Source: an uncultured Nitrososphaeraceae archaeon (GTDB taxonomy: Archaea > Thermoproteota > Nitrososphaeria > Nitrososphaerales > Nitrososphaeraceae). From it: a stretch of 64,000 nt of DNA. This document shows positions 1 to 19,129 of the stretch, piece by piece; the first letter of the stretch is position 1; each line of letters starts with the position of its first letter. The notes under the pieces were generated by a model, which had not been told where the DNA came from, made no database searches, and saw only the letters and a list, made by a program, of their open reading frames with translations. Made by a program: the position numbers and the translations under genes. The stretch covers positions 1-64,000 of the forward strand of contig CAVXZB010000048.1 in the NCBI GenBank assembly GCA_963765895.1, written 5' to 3'.

Positions 1-1651
<1,651 letters not shown>

Positions 1652-1773
1652 TGATTTGAACCCGGCTGAGAACCGCGAGCTGACACTCGCGATATCAATC
1701 AACCAAAGGAATCCCAGACCCGACCCACAAGACCCGGGCACGGGGTATTACTTGGCACTGACTTTCGGCACGC

Positions 1774-1792
1774 TGTTGAGTTCTCAAGGAGC
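1774..1792 (-). promoter_or_regulatory. rrn leader boxA-like antitermination/processing element
   Basis: GCTCCTTGAGAACTCAACA on - strand, the conserved actinobacterial rrn leader motif. Confidence 0.7.
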
Positions 1793-1921
1793 GGACGCGC
1801 AACGAACTCCGGCCTTCGCGGGCTTCGTCGATGGCGGCTTGTCCACTGTACGCCGCGCGGCGGGCGGCCCCCGCAGGGCCCTCCCGGCGGCCCCCAGGGG
1901 GTCTCGCGCGGCGCAGAGAGA

Positions 1922-1951
1922 AAGTTACGTGCGTCGCGGGGGCGGTGTCAA
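1922..1951 (-). promoter_or_regulatory. sigma70-type rrn promoter
   Basis: TTGACA-N18-TAACTT on - strand, between tyrS and the 16S leader. Confidence 0.75.
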
Positions 1952-2018
1952 ACCGGTCGCGCGGTGACGCCCGACACCCTGCCGTCAGCACCGGCACGCG
2001 ACACGCAGGCCGGCAGCG

Positions 2019-6630
<4,612 letters not shown>

Positions 6631-6656
6631 GATGGTTCTCTCTTCCAGGTCGGTCT

Positions 6657-8722
<2,066 letters not shown>

Positions 8723-9175
8723 GATAGAGCTAGGCTGGTTACCATCAATTTTTTTGTTGTCAATTGACTTCCCAAGACCGTTTTTATTGTCGTACTCTCT
8801 ACCTTCAGAATCAGAATTGCTGCTTAATAATGCCGCTTGTTCTTTGGTCTGTCTTGTAGTAATCACTACATTATTGTAGCTGCCATCAATGCGTACGATA
8901 GAGTCGCCTTGCGCTTGGCTCTTTGCTGCTGTGTCGTTATCACCATCTAATGAATTCCATTTGGTCTTATACCTCAGTAGATATCCATCACAGAATTCAT
9001 AAGCGTGCTTTTTATCATTTGGACAGCCCGTGTCATAACCGTGGTTACTACAATTCTAATTGTAGTAATCATAAGCTACGCAATCTTAATTGATACAATA
9101 TCAATCATTAACCGCTGTCGGTCTGACAAGTGTGCAAAGTACTTCATATCAGCGTGTTAGAGAGTAGGTAATAAT

Positions 9176-10124
9176 GGCTATGTAGAAAACATCATCAATA
9201 TTACAAGATTAGTCAGTCTATGCATATTGTAGGTGATACATCTAAATGATAACTCTCTGTTCTGCATTCTAGTCAATCTAGACATAAGATTCTCTCCAAA
9301 TAGTCGTTTTATAACTGATATTATGGTTTCATCTTTGTTTCGTTGATTGTACAGCAATTTGGAGTAACCACGCTTCATCTGCTTTCTGTACTTACCATGT
9401 GTTCTCCACATCGGTACATGTTCATATCGAGCAGGAATAATACTGAATGCATGTAAGTCCTCTCTTACGAGAAGGTGATTATCTTCACTATCGTAACCCT
9501 TATCAGCTGTAACTACGGATAATGGAAGAATATTTGATGTCCTTGTTATAATTGGCCTGAAATCTACATTATCATGCCTTGTTGGAGCTCGTCTTATCTT
9601 AATTGTACATATGATTTGTTGTAATACATCTACTCCAATAGATAATTTCGCATATTTTCTTCTCAATTCTGTTCGATCAGTATAATATTGTGATGCATGA
9701 GTTATCTTAAATCCTGTTGAATCTATTCCTGCAAAGATATGCTTGGTACCACTAATTACAATGAATGACGAAATTATCTTTTCAAGCAATGAATTATTGA
9801 TTCTATCTGTAAACTTTTGCAATGTTGTAAAATGAGGAATACGTGACAACCGTAGAAATGACCTTAGGTAATAGGCTTCAATTAACCACTCGACAAACAT
9901 TCTATAACTCTTACCTTCATACTGTCGTATAGCAACTAGAACTATGTGCTGCCATATTGTAAATATGTGATTACTTTTCCTGTTAGAAAATAGAGGAATC
10001 CTTGCATGCTTCAAAACACGGAACATAGTACCTGCAAGTCTGACTGTACATTGATTCTTTCAATAGACTATTGGTATTATACTCTTACAAAGCTTTGACT
10101 GTATGAGATGGTTTCTACACAGCC
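9176..10124 (-). mobile_element. IS5-family (ISH1 group) insertion sequence, 949 bp
   Basis: TIRs GGCTATGTAGAAAACATC / GGCTGTGTAGAAACCATC (16/18); 8-bp target duplication GTAATAAT at 9168-9175 and 10125-10132. Confidence 0.92.
9178..10026 (-). CDS. IS5-family DDE transposase
   Basis: PHFTTL, IDSTGF, ADKGYDS, YNQRNKDET..SVIKR motifs. Confidence 0.93.
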   Translation of the reverse strand: MFRVLKHARIPLFSNRKSNHIFTIWQHIVLVAIRQYEGKSYRMFVEWLIEAYYLRSFLRLSRIPHFTTLQKFTDRINNSLLEKIISSFIVISGTKHIFAGIDSTGFKITHASQYYTDRTELRRKYAKLSIGVDVLQQIICTIKIRRAPTRHDNVDFRPIITRTSNILPLSVVTADKGYDSEDNHLLVREDLHAFSIIPARYEHVPMWRTHGKYRKQMKRGYSKLLYNQRNKDETIISVIKRLFGENLMSRLTRMQNRELSFRCITYNMHRLTNLVILMMFST

Positions 10125-10213
10125 GTAATAATATATTCCTTAGTGAATAGATCTATTTTTTGGATAAGAACTATAACCATAGACTTAAATATTTGCATTA
10201 AACTATCAATTTG

Positions 10214-10627
10214 ATGTCCTTAACAGAAGAGAATGTAAGTCACGAAAGAATTCAAAGAAGTGCTAATGATTGGAGGACAAAGTACCCTAACGCTGCTGCT
10301 ATATTTGAAAGGATACCATCTATGGATCTTAAAGAAGTTGTTAGTACTATGTTCCTAACTGATGGTGTAAGATGGCTACTTAAAATTCGTGCAATGAGAT
10401 TAAGCTTGGTAGAAGATAAAGAGCCATTAGACTTGATCGAAGATAAAGTGAGTGATCAGAAGGTTGAAGACAAGATCAGAGAGTTGAGGACGAGACATCC
10501 TATGGCCGCTACTATCCTTGAAAAAGTACATAACATGGATCTCAAAGAAACTACAATGGCGATGTTTGCCATTGATTCCATGGAGAAATTACTAAAGTTT
10601 AGAGCAGCACTGATTCTAGTGTCGTAA
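10214..10627 (+). CDS. Hypothetical protein made of two ~50-aa internal repeats
   Basis: RTKYPNAAAIFE..MDLKE..LLKIRA / RTRHPMAATILE..MDLKE..LLKFRA. Confidence 0.7.
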   Translation: MSLTEENVSHERIQRSANDWRTKYPNAAAIFERIPSMDLKEVVSTMFLTDGVRWLLKIRAMRLSLVEDKEPLDLIEDKVSDQKVEDKIRELRTRHPMAATILEKVHNMDLKETTMAMFAIDSMEKLLKFRAALILVS

Positions 10628-11272
10628 TCGTTCCTTTCAGTCATTTTTAGAAATCTAAGGGTTATCTCACTATAAGAGATGTCCTAATACGAGAAACATG
10701 AAAATGTAATAGTCAAACATATCATATCACAATAACAAGAATGCACAATCAATACAAAACGCTTAGGTAGATATTAAGTCTCTATAAGAATAACAATAAT
10801 AATTCCAGCAACAGAATAATCATAACTCTAGTTCATTATATTTCAATGAGCCAAAATATTTATGGATCGGTCGGGAACCATTAACTAATTGGGATAATCC
10901 TGCATTCATATGACAAAAGCTTTGCAAAAATTTCGGTATACAGTAATAGACCCAAACAACGGTGGCCAGGAGAAGTATTTAGACGCAAGCAAACAGACTT
11001 CAAAGGGCGACGTTATCGTCATATAAAGCGTAATTACCGAGATCGCTATAGGAATTCATGCTCGCTAGAAAAGTACCCACTACTTTTAACTGTGACTTCA
11101 AGGACTCGGGGATTAAAACACCTTCAATATCAAATGTGCCTTATTACTCCCAAATCCGAAAAAGTAATAGGTTTAAGGCTGACTGATAGCCCTTGGAGAT
11201 TTAGCAGTGATCTTTGCTCCAATGAACGTGGGATGAAAATGCTTTTAATCTTATCTAATGTATATCTTTCTA

Positions 11273-11536
11273 ATGAAGGCATATATCGTATTGTTTACGG
11301 CAGCGTTTCTGATAGCAGCAACAGCAATATTTGTCAATACTATGACTACTTATGCACGGAGCCCAGAGAATATGATAGGAGGAGGAGCCAATATGACAGC
11401 GGATGCAAGCAAGCTAGCTCCTAGTGGAAGTACAAAAGGCGTAGTGGCACAAGGCGAGAAAATTTTCACAGTTGTTTGCCCTAGAGATTTTCAAAGTATT
11501 AGGCAATGCGAAGTCTTTACGGCCCAGCCTAGGTAG
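11273..11536 (+). CDS. Small secreted hypothetical protein
   Basis: Signal-peptide-like MKAYIVLFTAAFLIAATAIF; C-terminal Cys pair. Confidence 0.6.
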   Translation: MKAYIVLFTAAFLIAATAIFVNTMTTYARSPENMIGGGANMTADASKLAPSGSTKGVVAQGEKIFTVVCPRDFQSIRQCEVFTAQPR

Positions 11537-12186
11537 TAGCAGTCAAGGCACTTAAACCGCAGTAGTTAATGGCTACATAAAACAATCATATTTTTTAATT
11601 TCTGGGGGTTGGGGTGAATAATATTTTTAGTCCTAAAACTGAGTCTTATTGGTGAATGGTAATTTTCGCATGGATATATTTATCCATAGAATCCGTTATC
11701 GTTATCGTTGACTTTTCAAAATATACCGACAATTTTCCTAGAGCATAAAGGATATTTATACCAGAGGTTCTGTCAATGAATATGTCTGGTTTGGCTCTGT
11801 ACTACCAGGCTGCTGTTCTTCAGGGCTGTATTCATTCACTGGAGGCTGTGATTGAATATTACTAGACGTGTTACCATTATGCAGAGTTTGTGTTGGGAAA
11901 AAGGTTAGTGATATCTTTCCGCCGGTTTTTGACCTGAAAATTGTTAGCTTGGGAGATGCATTCCCTTACCGGCAAATCATAGGACTAATCGATTTATTTA
12001 CTTGCTCTAATGTTCGGTTATCTCAATGAACGTGTAGCATTCGTTATGTCTGATAGCAGCCATGGACGAAGTGTATAATGTGCTAGATTAGAAAATTCAA
12101 AAAATAGAAAAATGTCATCCCTGATTGGAAAGATCTAGATCGATGAGGTTACGTAAATCCTGTTAAGTCTTGACAACAGAAGGTGA

Positions 12187-12501
12187 TTACTCATTATTTA
12201 CACTCATAGTAGTTGGAAGGTCTTTTGTCAATTTCATTAGTGTTTGTATGTCAATATACAACAATATCATATCGGTTGGCTCGTCTAGAATCTTGCATTT
12301 CACCTGCATTTGTTCATTTTTCTCAGTCTCAAAAAGGACATAGCCTGTACCTGAATCTATCTGCAAGTCATCCGGAATTACCAACTTATTTTCCAATGAT
12401 TCTTGAATGTTTATTTTGAATGATTTCTGGCCGAAATATGCAGATCCAGAAATATAGCCATCTCCTAAATTTACGGTCAAATTGAGTTTCATGTATAACA
12501 T
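12187..12501 (-). CDS. Hypothetical protein
   Basis: 104-aa ORF with plausible composition; no family recognised. Confidence 0.45.
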   Translation of the reverse strand: MLYMKLNLTVNLGDGYISGSAYFGQKSFKINIQESLENKLVIPDDLQIDSGTGYVLFETEKNEQMQVKCKILDEPTDMILLYIDIQTLMKLTKDLPTTMSVNNE

Positions 12502-13234
12502 GCTAATGATGTCATCATTATTATTCTATTCCCATCCTTCCAAAATAATTTACCATTAAGCTATTTGGCGGACGTCAGTACTTTGACCATTATGCTTGCA
12601 AAATTGATTTTGTCTTATCATAAGATTTCCATTAGTTTTTGTTATAAATTCTTAGGTTCTCCTGGAGCAGTATAATGGCCTCTCAGACCATATTTCTTGA
12701 TCAACAAATGGAGATCAGTATTAGTAAATGGTAACATGATCAGGCGAAAGTGATATTGCAATATCATCATCTAAATCACTTACACGTGACTCAATGCCTC
12801 TTAGTCCGGTTGATATTGCTGAATACACCGGTTCTTTGGTGTTTCGTTCTAGGCTTCTAGAATGTTTATCATTCACTATAACTGCACCATTACTTCGGGT
12901 TAAATATACACGATCTGTTAGACAGTCTATATCTTATAGATTTAATTGCGTTAATAATGATGTATACTTTTCATGTGGGACTGAAAGTGGCCAAGCAATC
13001 TGCATATTAGGCGCTTTAGACGTTGGCGTGATCACCATTGAGTCAGTCGGCGAGACAGGGTTCCCTTTCTGAACGCCTCAAACGATATTGTTTCGTTTCA
13101 TTATATTGAACCTATGCCATGGTTGGGAGTTCATTTAGGATTGTAAATTACATCCAAAGACAACTGGCTGAGGAGGAATAGTGCATTGTAGAAGCTTGCT
13201 ATTATTGGTGGTACATTACCAACGTTGTCTCCTA

Positions 13235-13470
13235 GTATAGATAAATTGTATCACCGTCCTGGGACGTCAATTTATACCTAGAACGCAGCATTTTCAACAA
13301 AATTTATAACCTCGCGTCATTCAAATCTTATTATAACGCTTTTTCCGATATAATTATGTCGAATGTGTTAAAAAATCCGATATTGTCCGGTGTGTTAAAC
13401 CTATTGCATGTTAACGGAATAAGTATGTTCATTCACGTCGACTAATTGCTACTATCTATAGATATCAGTC
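13235..13470 (+). repeat. Dispersed non-coding repeat, copy A (subtype 1)
   Basis: GGACGTCAATTTATAC..AACGCAGCATTTTC..TTTATAAC..TTCCGATATAATTAT..AATCCGATATTGTCC..TGTGTTAA..GCTACTATCTATAGATATCA. Confidence 0.9.
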
Positions 13471-13535
13471 TATAGAATAGACAATTCTAAGTTCACAAGT
13501 CTTGATAGTTTTATTTATTGATAGGATCCCGCTAG

Positions 13536-13991
13536 TTATGGGTAAGTTTGGACAATTTTAATAACTCCTGATTTATGCATCGCCGGATCTTCGTACTTGA
13601 TGTGATGCTCTATGGATTCCAGATGTGTATTCTTTATCTCAGGATGCAGACTACAGTAATAATATCCATCCTTTATAGCTATAATAGGACAACATGGGCT
13701 CCGGTTTAATTTATGGTCTGGTAGCGCTAAGTAAGGCATAGTTGGATCATCATAAAAGAAGTCGGTTACAGAGATGACTTTGGTTGCCTCGCTGTTATTA
13801 TTTGATAACGAAGCGTGGTGTAACAGGGAATATGAACTTGCGCGCCCGTACTTCCCCGTCAGGTTTCTCGTTTGTATCGCTAGTGATTTGCGCATAGATT
13901 TTGCCAGAACGGGGAATAGAGAAAGTCGAAGAACTTGTATATCGAAAGGAGTGGGGATAAGGAAGGATTTGCTGGTTTCTATTGTGAACAA
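13536..13991 (-). pseudogene. C-terminal fragment of a mobile-element-associated protein (YYCxLHP...HHIKYxDPxxHKS)
   Basis: Motif recurs, degenerate, at ~18120-18260 behind repeat copy C; N-terminal part of the ORF looks spurious. Confidence 0.5.
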
Positions 13992-14206
13992 GCGTCCCTA
14001 GTGTCTCTAACTATAAGTCATTATCTATCCCTGAAATGACTAACTTACATTGTGTACTATGGAGATATAATAATAGGTGAAAGCTGGATAGATAGTACTG
14101 GCGAACTAGGGACACTAGGACAGAAAATGCTTTGATCGCAATGAATATACCTCCATTTTTTATGTGTTTGTAGATGAACTTTTGATACCTGTTCGTAGGA
14201 TATAAA

Positions 14207-15046
14207 TTAGAATCTTATCGCAGTTCCTCGGACATCAAAAGGCCTGTCAAGAATAGTTATAGGTTCTTGTAACTTTCTAGCATTTTCTGAAGTTATTGTC
14301 ACTTTGGTGCTCTCTTTGATTCTTTTAATAGGAATGATACCATTAGCCATTATTGACTGCCATGTATCAGCTTCGTTTATTGGAAATGAATATTGCTCAC
14401 CAGGAATCCTCCAGCCTTCGTTTGCATCTTGTATAATTATCCTAGGGATTTCTTCTGCAGATTTATATCTGTTCGAGAGCGCCTCTATTCTCGCGTTGAG
14501 ATCTTGACGAACTGGTGTGTCAGTGAATGTTTCATTATTTATATAACTTTTTAATTTCGAAATATTTTCAGACAAATTTTTAAAAATTTCTGAATGTTCC
14601 CCATCAATTATTGCAAACAAATCTAGGTATTCCGTAGAGTGCGGATTAATTGTCATACATTCTTTTTCGTCAAATGCAGACCAATACACTTTTACTCTCT
14701 CATTGCCAATGTTTAGAGTACCTTTACAATTTTTTGCTGTCTTCCATCCTTTATTTCGAACGAGCACCGTATTGATCTTGTAACTTACCTTGAATGTACG
14801 CAGGTTAAAAGGAATACGAGTGTCATCGATATCGTAAGCTGCCAATTCAACCTTCTTACCTAGCTGGGAATGCATCTTATCTACACCTAGCCAAGGTCGT
14901 CTAATCAAAGAAATTACAACAATAGCCGCGACAATAACAGATGCTATCTCTGCCAGCTTAATTCCAAGATCCAGTAATGCATTTCGTGTGTCACTGATAG
15001 TCTTCTTAATTGAATTACGAACATCATTAGCTGTTGTATTGATCAT
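14207..15046 (-). CDS. Hypothetical protein with one TM helix (15066-15296 may be its frameshifted signal-peptide end)
   Basis: 279-aa ORF; hydrophobic LAEIASVIVAAIVVISLI. Confidence 0.65.
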   Translation of the reverse strand: MINTTANDVRNSIKKTISDTRNALLDLGIKLAEIASVIVAAIVVISLIRRPWLGVDKMHSQLGKKVELAAYDIDDTRIPFNLRTFKVSYKINTVLVRNKGWKTAKNCKGTLNIGNERVKVYWSAFDEKECMTINPHSTEYLDLFAIIDGEHSEIFKNLSENISKLKSYINNETFTDTPVRQDLNARIEALSNRYKSAEEIPRIIIQDANEGWRIPGEQYSFPINEADTWQSIMANGIIPIKRIKESTKVTITSENARKLQEPITILDRPFDVRGTAIRF

Positions 15047-15821
15047 ACTCTTGATTTTTTCTACATTAGCTGCTTATACTATTGGGGATTTGTTGTAAAC
15101 GCGTGGCATTAATGGATGGCCTTGTGGCATCAATTGCAGATGAAACTTTTTTTGCGGGCCTAATTAATGATGATAACAAATTCGAAGTAGAATTCGCTGC
15201 GAAACTACTCTCTGTTGACGAGATAAAATAGGACAGAACTATAGAAGATGTCGATAAAATTAGTATTGTTGTGAAACTATATAGGCCCTTACGCAATCTC
15301 TTCTATACCCCTTCCCAATATTTGAAAGGCAATCTGTATATACGTATCGAAGGATATTTGATAAAGCCCAGCAACGTTCATTCATTCTTTCCTAGCTTGG
15401 CAAAATAATTGCATCTCTCTTCGAGAGTACACTTCTTTCTTTAGCTGAAGGTAGTCAGAATCATGAGACGGCACAAATAATACTCCCTTGTTACTGGAGA
15501 CTTTATAGCATAAACGAAGAGAATTATCACTAGTTATCTCTGGATGAATATGTATTTGTTCTTTAGATTGAGTTATTTGGTTTCACCTTCTTCTCCTCTA
15601 CGACATATCTTATAAGAGAACTACATCATACTGGCTCGCTGGAATGCAAGACAGATTTGACTTAGAACCTATCCGAAAACTCGTCCTTCTGTAAGTGATA
15701 AGCACAAGCATAATGCAACATTGCAATATGATTCTCTACCTTTTTCGTCTATCTAGTTAACAACCGTCTAAACCTGTTCATCCAAGTTTGATTTTTAACT
15801 CAATTGATGGGGGTATTTCCT

Positions 15822-16300
15822 TCAGTACACCACCACAGCAAGTCCTGGAGTAATGCCCTGCACTTTATCTATGATATTAGTCCTAATATCCTGTTGATTT
15901 GATGCAGTGACTACTATGGCATCATTATCATCAGTGTCACTGGCACTATCTCTAGAGCCGTCACAACCATCACTGCCATCACTATCTTTCGCTGGAGCTA
16001 CATTATTACCATAATTCATAGACATTTCAGACGCACCGCTTTCGTTATTATTCTGGCTTTTCATGACGGTTTTGAGAGTAGTCTTTATCTTGATCTCTAC
16101 ATTATACGATCTGGCTATCCTTTCTAGTTTATCAGAATCAAATATCAATACGCTTCCTTTATTAGTATGAACTTTGGAAGCACCAAATTTGCCGCACATT
16201 AGTTTTGTAATAGTGTTCTTATATAACTTCCAATCTGAAGCATGAAATGCGCCAGAATCATCTACCAGACCTTCTAATATGTTTGTTATCTTACCACTAT
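15822..16300 (-). pseudogene. C-terminal fragment of a primase/helicase-like protein of integrated elements
   Basis: wHTH-like LYKNTITKLMCGKFGA..GSVLIFD..KLERI followed by DSDGSDGCDGS low-complexity repeats; family call is inference. Confidence 0.4.
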
Positions 16301-16464
16301 CGCTGACATAGATATTGATACAGACTGATATGTAGATATGAGTTCTAATATTATGGAAGTAGTATCGATTCTTGACTTTAGATTTCCATGTTAGTGCATG
16401 ACTTGGGTATGTCTTAAAAAGTAACAACACTTTTATCTAATTCTGTTATCTCTTTGTTTTGGTC

Positions 16465-17250
16465 ATGCCGCAGGTTAGCAAGACATATTACACAGCCAAA
16501 GACGTTGATGTAAAAATCTCTGAAATTACTGATGGTATATACAGAATAGCAGGGTTTGTAGATACATATGGGATTACCTTCAACCAGTTTTTAATTGATG
16601 ATGAACGGCCGGTTCTTATCCACACCGGTCCCATCGGGATGTACCGGAAAATAGAAGAGAAAGTAAGAGAAGTCATTCCTTTGCAAAAATTAGCCTACGT
16701 GGCATTTTTGCATTTTGAGAGCGATGAATGGGGCGGTATGGCATTCCTTGATTCTGCCGATGCAAAATTAGTATGTAGTGACTTGACTTCAAAACTAAAT
16801 CTGACTGGCTGGCATGATGTTCCGGTGGACCATATTTCATTTTGGGATAATGAAATCTTAAAGACTGGAAAAAGGATATTCAAGTTTATTATGACTCCAC
16901 ATGTCCATCACTGGGATAGCATGATGGTTTTCGAGGAAACTACAAAGTCACTTTTCCCATCGGACTTGTTTATACAGCCAGGAGACAACAAGCCTGTGAC
17001 ATATGATGATCTCTCAAATGATATGGTTAACCTTTACAGAGGAGCAGGAATATTTGCAAGCGAAGAACCAGTGAGACAAACAAAGAGACTTATTAATCTC
17101 TCTCCTAAGATGGTATTTCCAATGCATGGTTCTTGTTTTGATAGTTCTGTCTTTCCAAAATATACTGATGCGATAATGAATAGTAATTTTGCATACACTG
17201 GAATGCTATTGGGTCAAAAATTAGAAACAGCATCAGAAATGGTTAGCTAG
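16465..17250 (+). CDS. Metallo-beta-lactamase-fold di-iron protein (stand-alone FprA/ODP-like domain)
   Basis: HFESDE, PHVHHWD, SDLF and PMHG motifs; no flavodoxin domain. Confidence 0.85.
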   Translation: MPQVSKTYYTAKDVDVKISEITDGIYRIAGFVDTYGITFNQFLIDDERPVLIHTGPIGMYRKIEEKVREVIPLQKLAYVAFLHFESDEWGGMAFLDSADAKLVCSDLTSKLNLTGWHDVPVDHISFWDNEILKTGKRIFKFIMTPHVHHWDSMMVFEETTKSLFPSDLFIQPGDNKPVTYDDLSNDMVNLYRGAGIFASEEPVRQTKRLINLSPKMVFPMHGSCFDSSVFPKYTDAIMNSNFAYTGMLLGQKLETASEMVS

Positions 17251-17299
17251 AAAACTAATAGTATTATATCTATTGTGTGGACATACTACAGGGATCAAG

Positions 17300-17412
17300 C
17301 ACGCAGCATTTTTGATAATATTTATAATCGAGCGCGCCGCATATCTGTATTATAACGTTTTTTCCGATATAATTATTCCGGCTTAGATGAAAAATCCGGA
17401 ATTGTCCTATGT
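17300..17412 (+). repeat. Dispersed repeat, copy B (core only)
   Basis: ACGCAGCATTTTTGATAATATTTATAATCGAGCGCGCCGCATATCTGTATTATAACG..TTCCGATATAATTAT..AAAATCCGGAATTGTCC. Confidence 0.9.
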
Positions 17413-17788
17413 ACTGCTTGATGTAGTAATCCCGTAATCAACACAGAGTGATTGTCACAGTTAACAGGTGACGACATTAAGGCAATGATTCAACGTCGAA
17501 TAGATAAGAAGCAGAGGGAATCAAGCCGCACAAGCAGTGTCTAAGAGATGTCGAAGATCATCTAACCGTTTTAGAAAGCATTACAGTGCGCTCTAAGTTT
17601 GTTTACAGATGAGGAAGAACTGAGAGAAATAACTGCTGGCACTCATTCAGGTCCATAGCTAGGTGAATGCTAGGAACCTCTGCAAGAAGACAGGTACTGA
17701 AGTACTCGCTTGGCACAAGTACTTCACGAACTCGGCAATAATGTTGGCTAGACATATTCTAAAATAATTAATTATAGAATTATTATTT

Positions 17789-18045
17789 GACGCGCGCCTA
17801 ATGATAGACAGCATACATAAATTTTATCCCCTCCTAGGACGTCAGTCTACACATAGGACGCAGCATCTTTAATAATATTTATAGCCTGGCATCACTCATA
17901 TCTTATCATAACGTTATGTCCGGGATGATCAAACCGGATGTGTTAAAAAGTCCGATGTTGTCCAATGTGTTAAACGTATTGCATGTTAACTGAATTAGAC
18001 ACGTTAATTCCCCATTGATTAATGTGCTACTATCTATAGGTATCA
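17789..18045 (+). repeat. Dispersed repeat, copy C (full length)
   Basis: GACGCGCGCCTAATGATAGAC..GGACGTCAGTCTACACATAGGACGCAGCAT..AATATTTATAG..TCCGATGTTGTCCAATGTGTTAAACGTATTGCATGTTAAC..GCTACTATCTATAGGTATCA. Confidence 0.9.
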
Positions 18046-18523
18046 TCATTTGTATGGTTGGACGTGTTTTGTTTATAATCTTATCTAGTCTGATAGTTTT
18101 ACCTATAAATAGAATCAGTAATCATGAGTAACTTTTGGCAATCTTAGCTCTGATTTATGTTCTTCAGGATCTTTTGTTTTTGATATGATGTTGTATTTAC
18201 TCCAGATATATGATACACTTATTCAGAAACACAGAAAATCCCCTAGTTCAAATATATCATACACTATTGAATATTGTATTAAGCTCTTAGACTTAGTAGT
18301 CTTCTGTAGGCTAGCCTTTAATGCTACTACAAGATCCTAAGTGTCCTCCTCTTACTCAATTCATACTCAGCATGATAATTGACAAAGAGCGATTGAAGAG
18401 ACGTGTGTCGCATAGTTGTAAGATCGCTAATGCAAAGGCAGGTTTGGGTTTGGTTCAGTTCGCTCATGATCGCCATTTATTATGACCTTTTTCTAAAAAT
18501 GGCAAAACTGAACTATTCTACGC

Positions 18524-18841
18524 ATGGAAGTTATAAATAATATAGTTAGTAGCAGCACCGTCGTGACACGTAAGGAGTATCCTTATAGAAATCGAGTTGA
18601 TATAATCGAATCTATTTTAGATATTGCTAATGGTAACGAGGTAAGGCAGATTGAAATCTTAAGCAAAGCGAAAATTACCCATGCCATATTCAAAGAATAT
18701 ATGTCATTCCGGATTCAATATGGCTTGATAGAATATGTACGACACCAACAAACTTATAAAACTACGGCAAAGGGTTTGGATTTATTAAGTATATGTAATA
18801 AAATGAAGGCAGTCTCTTATCTCCTCCAGACATGTCCTTAG
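18524..18841 (+). CDS. Winged helix-turn-helix protein (archaeal predicted transcriptional regulator)
   Basis: YRNRVDIIESILD...ILSKAKI...YKTTAKG pattern typical of the thaumarchaeal wHTH expansion. Confidence 0.8.
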   Translation: MEVINNIVSSSTVVTRKEYPYRNRVDIIESILDIANGNEVRQIEILSKAKITHAIFKEYMSFRIQYGLIEYVRHQQTYKTTAKGLDLLSICNKMKAVSYLLQTCP

Positions 18842-19129
18842 AGTCATTTATTCCTATGATAAGAAAAAATAAGTTGACCAGCTAAACACAATATGCAAAT
18901 ATTGGAAGACAATCTCGCGGAGATAGAAATATTGTAGTCTGTACTCTATACAACTACACACGAAGAGCGACTAAGAAAAAACAAACAGATCAACAAATGA
19001 AATTAGGATATGGTAAGATAACAGACTATAGACTTTCTACAAAAAAGTGGAAATGGTCTTCCATCACTATCTCATCTTTTGGTACTGTTATTCGTCTACT
19101 ATCTGGATGTTTTAGTAGGATATGGCTAC

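Noticed and set aside
13340-13420. Repeat as a classical integron attC or Xer dif site
   Set aside because: GTTAAAC is present in A and C, but no matching RYYYAAC or long hairpin is conserved. AAATCCGATAT-N6-GTGTGTTAAAC only loosely resembles dif and lacks the inner ATAA/TTAT. Not supported without a covariance-model search.
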